Notes: a model not told the origin generated them from the letters alone. A stretch of 64,000 bases of DNA from an uncultured Gammaproteobacteria bacterium (GCA_963783075.1 CAWAMF010000008.1:72543-136542), one strand, 5' to 3'; positions 18,377 through 28,169 are shown, counted from the first letter of the stretch. Translations and numbers: made by a program.

Positions 18377-19336
18377 TTACGGGATTTGGGGCAGCGTGCC
18401 CGGATCGGGGCGGGAAACGGCTGGGGAAAGGTGCGGATGGCCGCCAAACCGCAGGCTGGCCTGCCCCGCCATCACGCGCAGGCGGGCCAGTGCACCGAAC
18501 GGCAGGGTGAATTTGTCCGGCTCGTGGCCAAAGGGCATGCCACGCACCACGGGGATGTGCGCTACCTGGTTGATATGGTCGAAAGCGGCGTTGGCGTCGT
18601 AGCCGTTGTCGTAGCTATGCGGCCGGCAATGGGTGAAGTGCCCCAGCACCAGCGCCCGCTGGCGATCCAGCACGCCGGACAGGTGCAGCTGGTACAGCAG
18701 TCGCTCGATACGGAACGGCGGCTCGCCCACGTCTTCCACGAACAGGATGCCGCCGTCGATCTTGGGAAAGTACGGCGTGCCGAGCAAGCTGCACAGCATG
18801 GCGAGGTTGCCGCCCCAAAGGGGGCCTTCGACATCCAGCTCGGCGGTCGAGGGCGTGGCCCAACTGGCGGTGGCCTCTGGTTCACCCACGGCGCGCCAGA
18901 AGTGTTCCCACATCAGCCCATTGAGCTCAGGGGCGCCGAAATCCGGGCCCAGCATTGGGCCGCCGAAGGTAGTGAGCCCGCTCTTCACGTAAAGCGCCAT
19001 CTGGATAGCCGTGAAGTCGCTGTGCCCGACCAGCAGCGTGGACGCGCCCGCCAGCCGCTCGCGCAGCGCGCCGTAATGAATGTGTTCGAGCAACCGTGTG
19101 GCGCCGAAGCCGCCGCGCACCGCCAGCGCGATATCCGGCAGGTGCGGCGCGATGGCGAGACGGTTGAGATCGTTCACGCGCTCGGCATCGCTACCGGCAA
19201 AGCGGTGCTCGGTGCGGTCGAGCACGTCCAATCCGTCCACCGTGCAACCAGCCGCTTGCAGACGCGCGACGCCACGCATCATGGCGTCGCGATCATGGGG
19301 GTAACCGGAGGGGGCGATCAGGCGGATTCGGGTCAT
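18377..19336 (-). CDS. LD-carboxypeptidase (peptidase S66, LdcA/MccF-like)
   Basis: The motifs are [10 protein letters not shown], the nucleophile context [25 protein letters not shown] and MPFGHEP. Confidence 0.85.
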   Translation of the reverse strand: MTRIRLIAPSGYPHDRDAMMRGVARLQAAGCTVDGLDVLDRTEHRFAGSDAERVNDLNRLAIAPHLPDIALAVRGGFGATRLLEHIHYGALRERLAGASTLLVGHSDFTAIQMALYVKSGLTTFGGPMLGPDFGAPELNGLMWEHFWRAVGEPEATASWATPSTAELDVEGPLWGGNLAMLCSLLGTPYFPKIDGGILFVEDVGEPPFRIERLLYQLHLSGVLDRQRALVLGHFTHCRPHSYDNGYDANAAFDHINQVAHIPVVRGMPFGHEPDKFTLPFGALARLRVMAGQASLRFGGHPHLSPAVSRPDPGTLPQIP

Positions 19337-19415
19337 GGCGCTCGGTCGTTTTTGGGAAAGCCGGAGTATGTCGACACCGATATGGCATCAGCATAGCCGC
19401 AGCGTGCAAACCCTC

Positions 19416-19509
19416 TGTAGGAGCGCACCCTGTGCGCGACCGGTCGTCCACAAGGCTCGACGTCGCCGAGCGCCGGGACGCCGCGGTAGCGCACAGGGTG
19501 CGCTCCTAC
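19416..19509. repeat. REP doublet, family A (TGTAGGAGCGCACCCTGTGCGCGAC inverted pair)
   Basis: tgtaggagcgcaccctgtgcgcgac (19416-19440) and its inverted copy ggtagcgcacagggtgcgctcctac (19485-19509) are separated by a 44-nt spacer. Each unit is itself a GCGCAC/GTGCGC hairpin. Confidence 0.85.
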
Positions 19510-19519
19510 CTTTGAAGGG

Positions 19520-20611
19520 TCATACGTATTCGACGACCTCAAGGCCAAAGCCACCCAGTCCCACCATCTTGCGCGGCGTACCCAGCACACGCAGCTGGCG
19601 GATGCCCAGGTCGGCGAGGATCTGCGCGCCCAGACCCAGTTGACGCCATTCCTGCTGCTGGGCTTCCTCTGGCGCCTGTGTCGACGGCTGACGATTGAGG
19701 CGACGAAGCAAGGCGTCGGCGGTGTCCTCACCCGAGAGCACCAGCAAGGCGCCACGACCTTCGTCACCAATGCGGCGCAACGCTGCCGTCACCGTAAGAC
19801 CCAGGTCATCACGCTGCAGATGGAGCACGTCGGAAAGCGTATTGCGCACATGAACGCGCGTGAGCACCGGCTCGCCGTCGTGCACGGTGCCGCGCACCAG
19901 AGCGAAGTGCAGGCCCTGGCGAATGGCATCGCGGTAAGCCACCAAGCGGAACGGGCCGAACTCGGTCTGCACGTCTTCCTCGTACACGCGCTGCACCGTC
20001 TTTTCGGTTTCCAGGCGATAGCGGATCAGGTCGGCGATGCTACCGATCTTCAGGCCATGCTTCTTCGCAAAGATTTCCAGCTCGGGGCGACGCGCCATCG
20101 AACCGTCTTCGTGCAGGATCTCGATCAGCACCGCCGACGGCTCCAGCCCCGCCAGCGCAGCAAGATCGCAGCCCGCCTCGGTGTGGCCGGCGCGCGTGAG
20201 CACACCACCGGGCTGTGCGGTGAGCGGGAAGATATGGCCCGGTTGCGAGAGATCCTGCGCCTTCGCATCCGACTTCACTGCCACCTGGATCGTGCGCGCG
20301 CGATCGTGCGCCGAGATGCCTGTGGTGACGCCTTCGGCCGCCTCGATCGAGACGGTGAAGTTGGTCTGATACGGCGAGGTGTTATCGACCACCATCGGCC
20401 GCAGGCCCAACTGGCGCGTGCGCTGCTCGGTCAGCGTGAGGCAGACCAGGCCACGCGCCTCGCGCACCATGAAGTTGATGTCTTCCGGCCGCACCATCTG
20501 CGCGGCCATGATGAGGTCACCCTCGTTCTCGCGGTCCTCGTCATCGAGGATGACGACCATGCGGCCGGCGCGGATGTCTTCGAGGATCTCGGGGATGGTG
20601 TTGAATGACAT
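19520..20611 (-). CDS. ribBA: Bifunctional 3,4-dihydroxy-2-butanone-4-phosphate synthase / GTP cyclohydrolase II-like protein
   Basis: The preferred start is ATG 20611 ([33 protein letters not shown]...). A DHBP synthase N-domain is followed by a GCH-II-like C-domain. Confidence 0.9.
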   Translation of the reverse strand: MSFNTIPEILEDIRAGRMVVILDDEDRENEGDLIMAAQMVRPEDINFMVREARGLVCLTLTEQRTRQLGLRPMVVDNTSPYQTNFTVSIEAAEGVTTGISAHDRARTIQVAVKSDAKAQDLSQPGHIFPLTAQPGGVLTRAGHTEAGCDLAALAGLEPSAVLIEILHEDGSMARRPELEIFAKKHGLKIGSIADLIRYRLETEKTVQRVYEEDVQTEFGPFRLVAYRDAIRQGLHFALVRGTVHDGEPVLTRVHVRNTLSDVLHLQRDDLGLTVTAALRRIGDEGRGALLVLSGEDTADALLRRLNRQPSTQAPEEAQQQEWRQLGLGAQILADLGIRQLRVLGTPRKMVGLGGFGLEVVEYV

Positions 20612-20632
20612 GTAGTTATCTCGTCGGAATGT

Positions 20633-20730
20633 TCTCCCTCCCCTGCATGCAGGGGAGGGTTGGGGAGGGGTGCACGCTTGTCGCAAAGCGCCACCCCTCC
20701 CAGCCTCCGCCTGCAAGCAGGAGGAGGAGC
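20633..20730. repeat. Family B palindromic repeat
   Basis: ctccctcccctgcatgcaggggagggttggggaggggtg ... ccacccctcccagcctccgcctgcaagcaggaggagg lies between ribBA and ribE. Confidence 0.7.
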
Positions 20731-20736
20731 CATAAA

Positions 20737-21378
20737 TCAGGCAAAGCCGTGCTGCTTGAGAAACGCCTCATCGAGCTTCGGCGCATCGCCACTGGCGAGC
20801 AGTCGCTCGATATAGCGCGCCACCACATCCACCTCGAGGTTCACCGAATCACCCGCGCGGCGCGCGTGAAAGGCCGTGCGTTCCACCGTGTGCGGAATCA
20901 GGTTGACGCCGAAGCGATGCCCCGCCACTTCGTTGACGGTGAGGCTGGTGCCATCGATGCAGATGGAACCCTTGGCCGCGATATAGCGCGACAGCGCAGT
21001 CGGCACCTCGAACACCCAGCGCAGCGAACGGCCGTCCGGCGTGATCGACACCACCTTGCCCACGCCATCGACGTGGCCGGAAACAAGATGGCCGCCCAAA
21101 CGGTCAGCCAGTCGTAGCGCCTTTTCCAGGTTTACCGGATCGCCGGCCTTGTGCTTGCCCAACGTAGTGAGCGACAGCGTCTCGTTGGACACGTCCGCAC
21201 TGAAGCCGCGTGGATCCAACGTCACGGCGGTCAGGCACACACCGGACACGGCAATGCTGTCGCCCAGCTGCACGTCGGTGAGATCGAGGTCAGCCGTATC
21301 GACATGCAGGCGCACGTCACCGCCGCGGGGTTCGAGCCGTGCAATGCGGCCCACGCTCTGGATGATGCCGGTGAACAT
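20737..21378 (-). CDS. ribE: Riboflavin synthase
   Basis: The preferred start is ATG 21378 (MFTGIIQSVG...). There are two lumazine-binding repeats (GDSIAVSGVCLTAV and GSICIDGTSLTVN). Confidence 0.9.
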   Translation of the reverse strand: MFTGIIQSVGRIARLEPRGGDVRLHVDTADLDLTDVQLGDSIAVSGVCLTAVTLDPRGFSADVSNETLSLTTLGKHKAGDPVNLEKALRLADRLGGHLVSGHVDGVGKVVSITPDGRSLRWVFEVPTALSRYIAAKGSICIDGTSLTVNEVAGHRFGVNLIPHTVERTAFHARRAGDSVNLEVDVVARYIERLLASGDAPKLDEAFLKQHGFA

Positions 21379-21458
21379 CAGCGCACCTCCGATGCGAAGG
21401 TGGCGAGACCAATGTAACGATGCTTGGACATGAAACGTTTCCCGCGTTGAAAAGCATG

Positions 21459-21481
21459 CGAAAAACGCCCCAAGGCGTCTG
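21459..21481 (-). terminator. Possible expression-platform terminator of the FMN riboswitch
   Basis: On the minus strand AGACGCC-TTGG-GGCGTTTTTCG gives a short 5-6 bp stem plus a T-run, about 35 nt after the aptamer. It is weak, so RBS sequestration is an alternative mechanism. Confidence 0.3.
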
Positions 21482-21514
21482 GCAGGCACACGCCCGTGAA
21501 GGCCTGCACCGTAC

Positions 21515-21675
21515 CGTCTTCTCTCATCCGGACTTTCTGGAAGCCATCGCTGGCTGCCAACCGTCGGCTCCGGCATTGGACCGGATCTGCTGACCTTCCT
21601 ATGTTCCGGAAGCGCTCGCGGGCTCATCCCGAAGGGCCTACCGCCGGTGGGGAGTCTCACCCCGCCCTGAAGACG
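21515..21675 (-). promoter_or_regulatory. FMN riboswitch (RFN element)
   Basis: The minus strand reads CGTCTTCAGGGCGGGGTGAGACTCCCCACCGGCGGTAGGCCCTTCGGGATGAGCCCGCGAGCGCTTCCGG...GGTCAGCAGATCCGGTCCAATGCCGGAGCCGACGGTTGGCAGCC...AGTCCGGATGAGAGAAGACG. All conserved RFN blocks are present, and the P1 stem CGTCTTC/GAAGACG closes the aptamer. It lies ~135 nt upstream of ribE. Confidence 0.9.
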
Positions 21676-21771
21676 TCGTTGTGGTTTTGCCGGCGAACCG
21701 GCTGGGGGAGTTTAGCACCAAGCCCAGCCACGTCCCGCCAAGGATCGTGCACCACGGTGCACACTGCGTCC

Positions 21772-21885
21772 TTCTCCCTCCCCTGCTCGCGGGGGGGGGG
21801 GGCCGGGGAGGGGTGCTCTGCAACCCACGATCGCCTACGGAGATCGCCCCCTCCCAGCCTCCCCCGGCTACGCCAGGGGACGAGC
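21772..21885. repeat. Family B palindromic repeat containing a G12 homopolymer
   Basis: cttctccctcccctgctcgc-G12-ccggggaggggtg ... gccccctcccagcctcccccgg. The uninterrupted G run spans 21791-21802. Confidence 0.7.
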
Positions 21886-21897
21886 GAAAGCGCCACG

Positions 21898-22914
21898 TCA
21901 GCGGCCTATTTGCTGTCCCGTCTTTTGGCGATAATCACGCAACACCTGATCCATCACCCAGCTGGTGCGCGCCCCGCTTTCCGCGGTGGAGGGGCTGGCA
22001 CCGGCCTGCCCGGTCAATTCCGCCACGATGGTTTCCACCAGAGGCTGCTGGATATGCCGAGGGTTCTCCACGCGGTATTCCTGCATGCCATCGGCGTTTT
22101 CCACGCGGATGGGGCCGTCGCCAAAGGTGGCAAACGAGATGCGGCCGCGATCGCCGATTACGTCGATATTGTCGTGGTGCTTATAGCTGTCGAAATTCCA
22201 CAGGCCGGTGCCCAGCACGCCGCTGCCGAAGGCGAACGACATGGCCACGGTGTCCTCCACGCCGTAGGCGCCGAGCTGATTGCTGGCATGACCGCTGGCC
22301 GAGACGATGGGGCCGAACAGCCAGTCGAGGATATCCAGTGTGTGGCAGCCAATGTCCATGAACACGCCGCCACCGGAAATCTCCGGCTGCACATGCCACG
22401 GCAGGTTCTTCGGATCGTGATAGCGCGGGTGGTGCGGCTCATGCAGCACCGTATGGACGATGCGTGGGGTGCCAATCACCTGCTGACCGAAGATCAACTC
22501 GCGCACCTTGAGGAAGCGCGGCAACGCACGACGGTAATAGGCCACGAATACCGGCACGCCAGCCTCACGACCAGCGCGAATGATGGCCTCGCATTCGGCG
22601 TGATCCAGCGCCATCGGCTTTTCCACATACACGGGCTTGCCCGCGGCGATGCTCATCAGCGCGTATGGCTTGTGCGTGGATGGTGGTGTCGCGACGTACA
22701 CCGCGTTGACTTCCGGGTCGGCGATCAGCGTGGCCGCGTCGTCATACCAGCGGGGTACGCCGTGGCGCTGCGCATAGTCGCGTGCCTTGTCGCCGTCGCG
22801 CCGCATCACGGCTACCAGCGCGGAATTTGGCGTCTTGCTGAACGCCGGGCCGCTCTTTACCTCGGTGACGTTACCGCAACCGATAATGCCCCAGCGTATG
22901 GCTGCCGTCGTCAT
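21898..22914 (-). CDS. Gfo/Idh/MocA family oxidoreductase
   Basis: It has the N-terminal Rossmann segment IRWGIIGCGNV and the typical EKPMAL motif (VYVEKPMALD). Its ATG overlaps the upstream gene stop (ATGA). Confidence 0.85.
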   Translation of the reverse strand: MTTAAIRWGIIGCGNVTEVKSGPAFSKTPNSALVAVMRRDGDKARDYAQRHGVPRWYDDAATLIADPEVNAVYVATPPSTHKPYALMSIAAGKPVYVEKPMALDHAECEAIIRAGREAGVPVFVAYYRRALPRFLKVRELIFGQQVIGTPRIVHTVLHEPHHPRYHDPKNLPWHVQPEISGGGVFMDIGCHTLDILDWLFGPIVSASGHASNQLGAYGVEDTVAMSFAFGSGVLGTGLWNFDSYKHHDNIDVIGDRGRISFATFGDGPIRVENADGMQEYRVENPRHIQQPLVETIVAELTGQAGASPSTAESGARTSWVMDQVLRDYRQKTGQQIGR

Positions 22915-23780
22915 GTGGTCTTGAACTCCTTGGCCAGAAATTGCTGATGGTAAGCGTGAAACACGTTGACCTCCGGATGGTGCGCACGCTCCACCAGATG
23001 TGCGCGCAAAGCTTCGCGCACGCAGGGCGCCAGCGACGAGAGATAGTCCACCGTGTATTCGGTGTGGTCGAGCACGCCGAAATGCAACGTGGGTGCATGC
23101 TCGGTGGAATGAAAGCCCAAATGGATGGTGATGCGACGATCCTTCAGCACACCGCCGTAGCCGCGATGCACGGCGTAGTTGTTGTAGAACACCGCCTCGC
23201 CGGGTCGCACCACGATCTGTTTGCCGCCCGCGAGTTCAGGTGCGTCTACCGGCGCCATCTTCTCGGTGTTGCCGAAGATCGCCCGTTCCTGTGCATTGAG
23301 CTGACGACGGTGACTACCCGGCACGATCCACAGGCAACCATCCATGGTCAGCGGCATATTCATCTGCACGTAGTTGTAATGGTAGTCGTCGCTGAACCAG
23401 TGCGGGTCCACCTGCTCGTCGGGCACCTGCAACACATCGCGATGCCAGCCTTGCCGATAGTCGACGCCGGCATCGGCGTAGAACAGCGAGGCGCCGTCGA
23501 TCACGATGCCGCTACCGAGCAGATCGCGACAGACTGCAAGCATGTCCACGTTGCAGATGATGTCCTGGATGCCGCGAATGGCCTTGCCCGGCTGCAGGAA
23601 TTGCAGGTTGCTCATGCGCTGCACATCACCTTGCTCCCGATGGGACTCGTCCACTGCCGCCACGTAGCGCGCCACGCTGGCGTCATCGAGAATCTTGCGG
23701 ATCAGGTAGCCCTGATCGCGGAACGACGTACGCTCGGCCTCCGTCAATACGGTGGTTTGCGTCAGCGGCGAGGTTGTCAT
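22911..23780 (-). CDS. Phytanoyl-CoA dioxygenase (PhyH) family Fe(II)/2-oxoglutarate oxygenase
   Basis: The 289-aa protein has an HxD iron motif in GWHRD and a distal His/Arg region (AVHRGYGG...RRITIHLGF). Confidence 0.8.
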   Translation of the reverse strand: MTTSPLTQTTVLTEAERTSFRDQGYLIRKILDDASVARYVAAVDESHREQGDVQRMSNLQFLQPGKAIRGIQDIICNVDMLAVCRDLLGSGIVIDGASLFYADAGVDYRQGWHRDVLQVPDEQVDPHWFSDDYHYNYVQMNMPLTMDGCLWIVPGSHRRQLNAQERAIFGNTEKMAPVDAPELAGGKQIVVRPGEAVFYNNYAVHRGYGGVLKDRRITIHLGFHSTEHAPTLHFGVLDHTEYTVDYLSSLAPCVREALRAHLVERAHHPEVNVFHAYHQQFLAKEFKTT

Positions 23781-23820
23781 GCCTGGTGCCTTGGGTCAGC
23801 AGTGCGAAGGAACCCTGCGC

Positions 23821-24921
23821 TTACGCCTCTGGGCGCAACAGCAGGCGCATATCATCGCCAATCACCCGGCGATCCACCGTGCGCAACCTCCAGCGTGCTG
23901 CCATATCCGCCAACGGTGGAAGATTCAGCAGTGGCCGCGCGGTGTCGCCGAGCAACAAGGGTGCAACGTAAATCAACAATTCATCGACCAGCCCGGCAGC
24001 AAACAACGCACCGCACAAGGTCGGACCCGCCTCGACGTGTACTTCGTTGCATTGACGACGCGCCAGCTCCTTCAGCGCTTCGGCAAGGTCGATGGCCCCG
24101 CCACGCATGCCAATGACGGCCAATTCTGCCTGCTGCAGGCGCGCATCGTGCGCCCGCGCCTGAACATCGTGCAGGATCAGGGTGGGTGCCGTGTCATCAA
24201 GCACATGGCTATCGGGCGGCGTGCGTAGTCGGCTATCGAGCAACACGCGCAGCGGTGGCGCGAAGGCTTCGCCTTCCGGCAGCCGCACGGTGAGCCGCGG
24301 GTTGTCCGCGGTGATGGTGCCGTAGCCGGTAAGAATGGCCGAGCTGCGTGCTCGCCAGCGCTGTACATCGGCGCGCGCGGCCTCACCGGTGATCCATTTG
24401 GACTGGCCATCCGCCAACGCGGTGCGGCCGTCCAGGCTCATCGCCAACTTGACGCGCACCCACGGCCGACCGCGCTCGATACGGCTGAAGAAACCGATAT
24501 TGAGTTCGCGCGCCTGTTCGCGCAGCAAACCCGTTTCCACCGTGATACCGGCATCGCGCAGCTTGCCGATGCCACGGCCGGCAACTTGGGGAAACGGATC
24601 CTCGGCGGCAATCACCACGCGAGCCACCCCGGCGGCAATCAGAGCATCGGCACATGGCGGCGTGCGACCGTGATGGGCACATGGCTCCAACGTGACATAC
24701 GCCGTGGCGCCACGCGCCCAGTCACCGGCGTCGCGCAACGCGAATACTTCAGCATGAGGTTCACCGGCTCGCTGGTGGAAACCCGTGCCGACCACTTGTT
24801 CGCCGTGGGCGACGACGCAGCCCACGCGGGGGTTAGGCTGCGTGGTGAACAGGCCACGCTCGGCCAGGCGCAAGGCGCGCGCCATATGGGTGTGGTCGTC
24901 GGCGGTGAAAACGCTGGTCAT
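23821..24921 (-). CDS. ribD: Bifunctional riboflavin biosynthesis deaminase/reductase
   Basis: The deaminase zinc motifs HAEVFAL and TLEPCAHHGRTPPC are followed by a C-terminal reductase domain. Confidence 0.95.
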   Translation of the reverse strand: MTSVFTADDHTHMARALRLAERGLFTTQPNPRVGCVVAHGEQVVGTGFHQRAGEPHAEVFALRDAGDWARGATAYVTLEPCAHHGRTPPCADALIAAGVARVVIAAEDPFPQVAGRGIGKLRDAGITVETGLLREQARELNIGFFSRIERGRPWVRVKLAMSLDGRTALADGQSKWITGEAARADVQRWRARSSAILTGYGTITADNPRLTVRLPEGEAFAPPLRVLLDSRLRTPPDSHVLDDTAPTLILHDVQARAHDARLQQAELAVIGMRGGAIDLAEALKELARRQCNEVHVEAGPTLCGALFAAGLVDELLIYVAPLLLGDTARPLLNLPPLADMAARWRLRTVDRRVIGDDMRLLLRPEA

Positions 24922-24976
24922 GAAGTGGCCGTGTCGTTTTGCTGTAGCGCCAGTCTATGGGCTAGTCGAGCTTTTC

Positions 24977-25059
24977 TGTAGGAACGCACCCTGAGCGCGA
25001 CAACCTGATGGAGCGGTAACGACACGGCGCCGCGGTCGCGCACAGGGTGCGCTCCTACA
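24977..25059. repeat. REP doublet, family A
   Basis: tgtaggaacgcaccctgagcgcgac (24977-25001) and gtcgcgcacagggtgcgctcctaca (25035-25059) are separated by a 33-nt spacer. The doublet lies between nrdR and ribD. Confidence 0.85.
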
Positions 25060-25074
25060 CGGACGGTGTGGTGC

Positions 25075-25593
25075 TCAGGACTTCTTTCGCCCCGCCACGC
25101 TTTCGCCCAACAGCGACAGCTGCAGTGCTTCCAGCTCTGGCAGATCGCGCTCCAGCTTCTCGATCTCTTCGCGGAACGCCTGCACGTCCTCGAACTTGCG
25201 ATAGACGGAGGCGAAACGCACGTAGGCCACCTGATCGAGCTGCTTGAGTTCGCGCATGACCAGCTCACCGAGCTGACGCGAGGGAATCTCGCGCTCGCCA
25301 CTACGGCGTAGGTCGTTGATGATCTCGCGCACGGCCGAATCCACCGAGGGCGTCGGCACCGGGCGTTTCTGTAGCGCGCGCTCGAAACTCACCCGCAGCT
25401 TGCGCTCGTCGAACGGCTCGCGCCGCTCGCCGCTCTTGACGATGGTCGGCAGCTTCAGCTCGGCGGTTTCAAACGTGTTGAAGCGCTCGGCGCACTTGGG
25501 ACACTCGCGGCGACGACGCACCGTGGCGCCGTCCTCCGCAAGCCGCGAATCGATGACGCGAGTGTCTTCGTGCTGGCAAAACGGGCAATGCAT
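25075..25593 (-). CDS. nrdR: Transcriptional repressor NrdR
   Basis: [17 protein letters not shown]...RRRRECPKC forms a zinc ribbon, followed by an ATP-cone. Confidence 0.95.
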   Translation of the reverse strand: MHCPFCQHEDTRVIDSRLAEDGATVRRRRECPKCAERFNTFETAELKLPTIVKSGERREPFDERKLRVSFERALQKRPVPTPSVDSAVREIINDLRRSGEREIPSRQLGELVMRELKQLDQVAYVRFASVYRKFEDVQAFREEIEKLERDLPELEALQLSLLGESVAGRKKS

Positions 25594-25678
25594 GCGTCAG
25601 CAGCCCGTGCGCAGCAGCGGAAAACGAGTGGCGATGCCTGTGCTCACTATCGCCTCTCGTCCGCCCAATGCCCGGCGC

Positions 25679-26932
25679 TCAGCCGTACACCGGGAACTTG
25701 TGGCACTGCGCCGTGACTTTCTCGCGCACCTTGGCGATCACTGCTTCATCGCCCGGCGCATCGAGCACGTCGCAGATCCAGTTCGTCAGCTCGATCGCGT
25801 CCGCTTCCTGGTAGCCGCGGGTGGTGATCGCCGGCGTGCCCACGCGCAGGCCCGATGTGACGAACGGCTTGCGCGGATCGTTCGGCACGGCGTTCTTGTT
25901 GACCGTGATGTGCGCCTTGCCCAGCGCCTCTTCTGCGTCCTTGCCGGTGACGTCGCGGCCGATCATGTCCACCAGCATCAGGTGGTTTTCGGTGCCACCG
26001 GAGACGATCTTGTAACCGCGCTCGATAAAGGTCTTGGCCATCGCCTTGGCGTTCTTCACCACCTGGGCCTGGTAGGTCTTGAACGACGGCTCCAGCGCTT
26101 CCTTGAAAGCGACTGCCTTGGCGGCGATCACATGCATCAGCGGGCCACCCTGGATACCCGGGAACACGATCGACTGCAGCTTCTTCTCGATCTCTTCGCC
26201 AGCGTCCTTGGCCACGATGAAGCCGCCGCGCGGACCGCGCAGGGTCTTGTGCGTGGTGGAGGTCACCACGTGCGCATGCGGCAGCGGGCTGGGGTACACG
26301 CCTGCAGCGATGAGGCCGGCAACGTGGGCCATATCGACGAACAGGTAGGCACCGACCTTGTCGGCGATAGCGCGGAAGCGCGCCCAGTCCATCACCTGAG
26401 AATACGCACTGAAGCCGGCCACGATCATCTTCGGCTTGTGCTCGACGGCAAGGCGCTCGACTTCGTCGTAATCGACCAGGCCCTGCTCGTTCACGCCGTA
26501 CTGGATGGCGTTGAACAGCTTGCCCGAGACATTGACCTTGGCGCCGTGGGTCAGGTGGCCGCCATGGGCCAGGCTCATGCCCAGGATGGTATCGCCCGGA
26601 TTGAGCAGCGCCAGGTACACGGCCTGGTTGGCCTGCGAACCGGAGTGCGGCTGCACGTTGGCATAGGTGGCGCCGAACAGCTGCTTCAGGCGCTCGATGG
26701 CCAGGCGCTCGGCGACGTCCACGTATTCGCAACCGCCGTAATAGCGCTTGCCCGGGTAACCCTCGGCGTACTTGTTGGTCAGCACGCTGCCCTGCGCTTC
26801 CATCACGCGGGGGCTGGCGTAGTTCTCCGAAGCGATCAGTTCGACATGATCTTCCTGGCGACGCGCTTCGTCGGCCATCGCCTGGGCCAGTTCGTTGTCG
26901 TAACCGGCAATCGTCTCGTGCTTCGGGAACAT
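25679..26932 (-). CDS. glyA: Serine hydroxymethyltransferase
   Basis: The preferred start is ATG 26932 ([12 protein letters not shown]...). The PLP-lysine motif is [15 protein letters not shown]. The track ORF 25679-27211 carries a spurious N-terminal extension. Confidence 0.95.
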   Translation of the reverse strand: MFPKHETIAGYDNELAQAMADEARRQEDHVELIASENYASPRVMEAQGSVLTNKYAEGYPGKRYYGGCEYVDVAERLAIERLKQLFGATYANVQPHSGSQANQAVYLALLNPGDTILGMSLAHGGHLTHGAKVNVSGKLFNAIQYGVNEQGLVDYDEVERLAVEHKPKMIVAGFSAYSQVMDWARFRAIADKVGAYLFVDMAHVAGLIAAGVYPSPLPHAHVVTSTTHKTLRGPRGGFIVAKDAGEEIEKKLQSIVFPGIQGGPLMHVIAAKAVAFKEALEPSFKTYQAQVVKNAKAMAKTFIERGYKIVSGGTENHLMLVDMIGRDVTGKDAEEALGKAHITVNKNAVPNDPRKPFVTSGLRVGTPAITTRGYQEADAIELTNWICDVLDAPGDEAVIAKVREKVTAQCHKFPVYG

Positions 26933-27074
26933 CCTGACCTCGTGGAATGGCAAGCGGGCTTCGAACGGGAAAGTGTAGCTGTGATGTGTTATGGGGGCCA
27001 CCTTTGGGCACTTGCAGGCCAATTGCGTACAACGTACCGTACATCGCACGCTACCCGAACGAAGGAGCTGTCCG

Positions 27075-28169
27075 ATGCTGATCGAGCCCTTGCGCCCCAA
27101 GACGCGACTGCCCCGCCTGCTGCGCTGGCTGGCACCTGCCCTATTCCTGCTGGCTCCATGGGCGCTGGCCGCGCCAGCAGTCAGCGGCGTCGGCATTGCC
27201 CCGATCCGCATCCCGGACCCGGTCAGCGGCGGCCAGACCGATGGCTTCGTGTTTTACCCCTCGTCCGAGCCTAGCCCCGGCACCACCGCGTTCGGCCCCT
27301 ACGAGGTGGCCGCCCGCCTCGGCGCGCCCGCCATAGCCGGCGCCAAGCCGCTGGTGGTGATCTCGCACGGCAACGGCGGCTCGCGCCTGGGCCACCACGA
27401 TCTGGCCACTTTCCTCGCCAGCCACGGCTTCATCGTGGCCACACTCAACCATCCCAAGGACGATTTCGAAGACACCAGCGGCGTGGGACACGTGGAAGTG
27501 CTGGGTGGCCGCCCCGTGCAGGTGAAGTCGACCATCACCACGCTGCTGGCCGACCCGCATTGGAAAACCCTGATCGATCCGACGCGCATCGGCGTGGCCG
27601 GTTTCTCCGCCGGCGGCTACACCAGCTTGATGGTGGCGGGGGCCAAGCCGCGTTTGAACTTGTTCGTGGGCTTCTGCGACCGCTACCCGAAGGACGACAA
27701 CGTTTGCGGCCATCGGGCCGCGTTCACGGCAGAGGCTGCCAAGAGCGGCCTGACCCTCAGCCAGATGTTCCAGCAGACACAGGACCAGCTCGATCGCTAT
27801 GGCGACACTCACGACCCGCGAGTGAAGGCGGCCTTCGCGATGGCGCCGCTCAGCCTGATCTTCGATGCGCACAGCTTCGATGGGGTGACCATTCCGATCT
27901 ACCTGTATTACGGCCAGAACGATCACGTGCTGAGGCCCGAGGCGAACGCCCGCCACATCCAGCCGTTGATCCATACGCTGGCCGGCGTGACGGAGGTACC
28001 CAACGCCGATCACTGGGTATTCCTCGCCCCATGCACACCCGCGCTGACCACGCAGATCCCCGAACTGTGCAGCGACCCGCCGGGCGTGGATCGCAAACAC
28101 GTGCATGCCCAGATCAACGAGGACGCACTGGCCTTCTTCCGCAAGGCTCTCGACGTAGCGCAGCACTGA
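27075..28169 (+). CDS. Secreted alpha/beta hydrolase (dienelactone hydrolase / PAF-acetylhydrolase-like)
   Basis: ATG 27075 is preceded by GAAGGAG. It has a signal peptide ([21 protein letters not shown]), the nucleophile elbow [10 protein letters not shown] and a distal NADHWVF. Confidence 0.8.
   Translation: MLIEPLRPKTRLPRLLRWLAPALFLLAPWALAAPAVSGVGIAPIRIPDPVSGGQTDGFVFYPSSEPSPGTTAFGPYEVAARLGAPAIAGAKPLVVISHGNGGSRLGHHDLATFLASHGFIVATLNHPKDDFEDTSGVGHVEVLGGRPVQVKSTITTLLADPHWKTLIDPTRIGVAGFSAGGYTSLMVAGAKPRLNLFVGFCDRYPKDDNVCGHRAAFTAEAAKSGLTLSQMFQQTQDQLDRYGDTHDPRVKAAFAMAPLSLIFDAHSFDGVTIPIYLYYGQNDHVLRPEANARHIQPLIHTLAGVTEVPNADHWVFLAPCTPALTTQIPELCSDPPGVDRKHVHAQINEDALAFFRKALDVAQH

Noticed and set aside
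26933-27074. I looked for a riboswitch (for example ZTP/pfl or a glycine element) in the glyA leader.
   Set aside because: I could not find the conserved ZTP pseudoknot core or glycine aptamer blocks by eye. The region looks like an ordinary divergent promoter interval containing GTAC-rich short repeats.
25316-27274. There are very long ORFs antisense to real genes: 25316-27274 (652 aa, opposite glyA), 46007-48079 (690 aa, opposite glnS), 31237-32892 (551 aa, opposite ettA), and also 378-1502 and 42735-43238.
   Set aside because: Their translations are Arg/Ala/Gly/His-rich low-complexity strings with no recognisable motifs, and each lies opposite a gene with unmistakable family signatures. 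Long stop-free antisense frames are expected in DNA this GC-rich.
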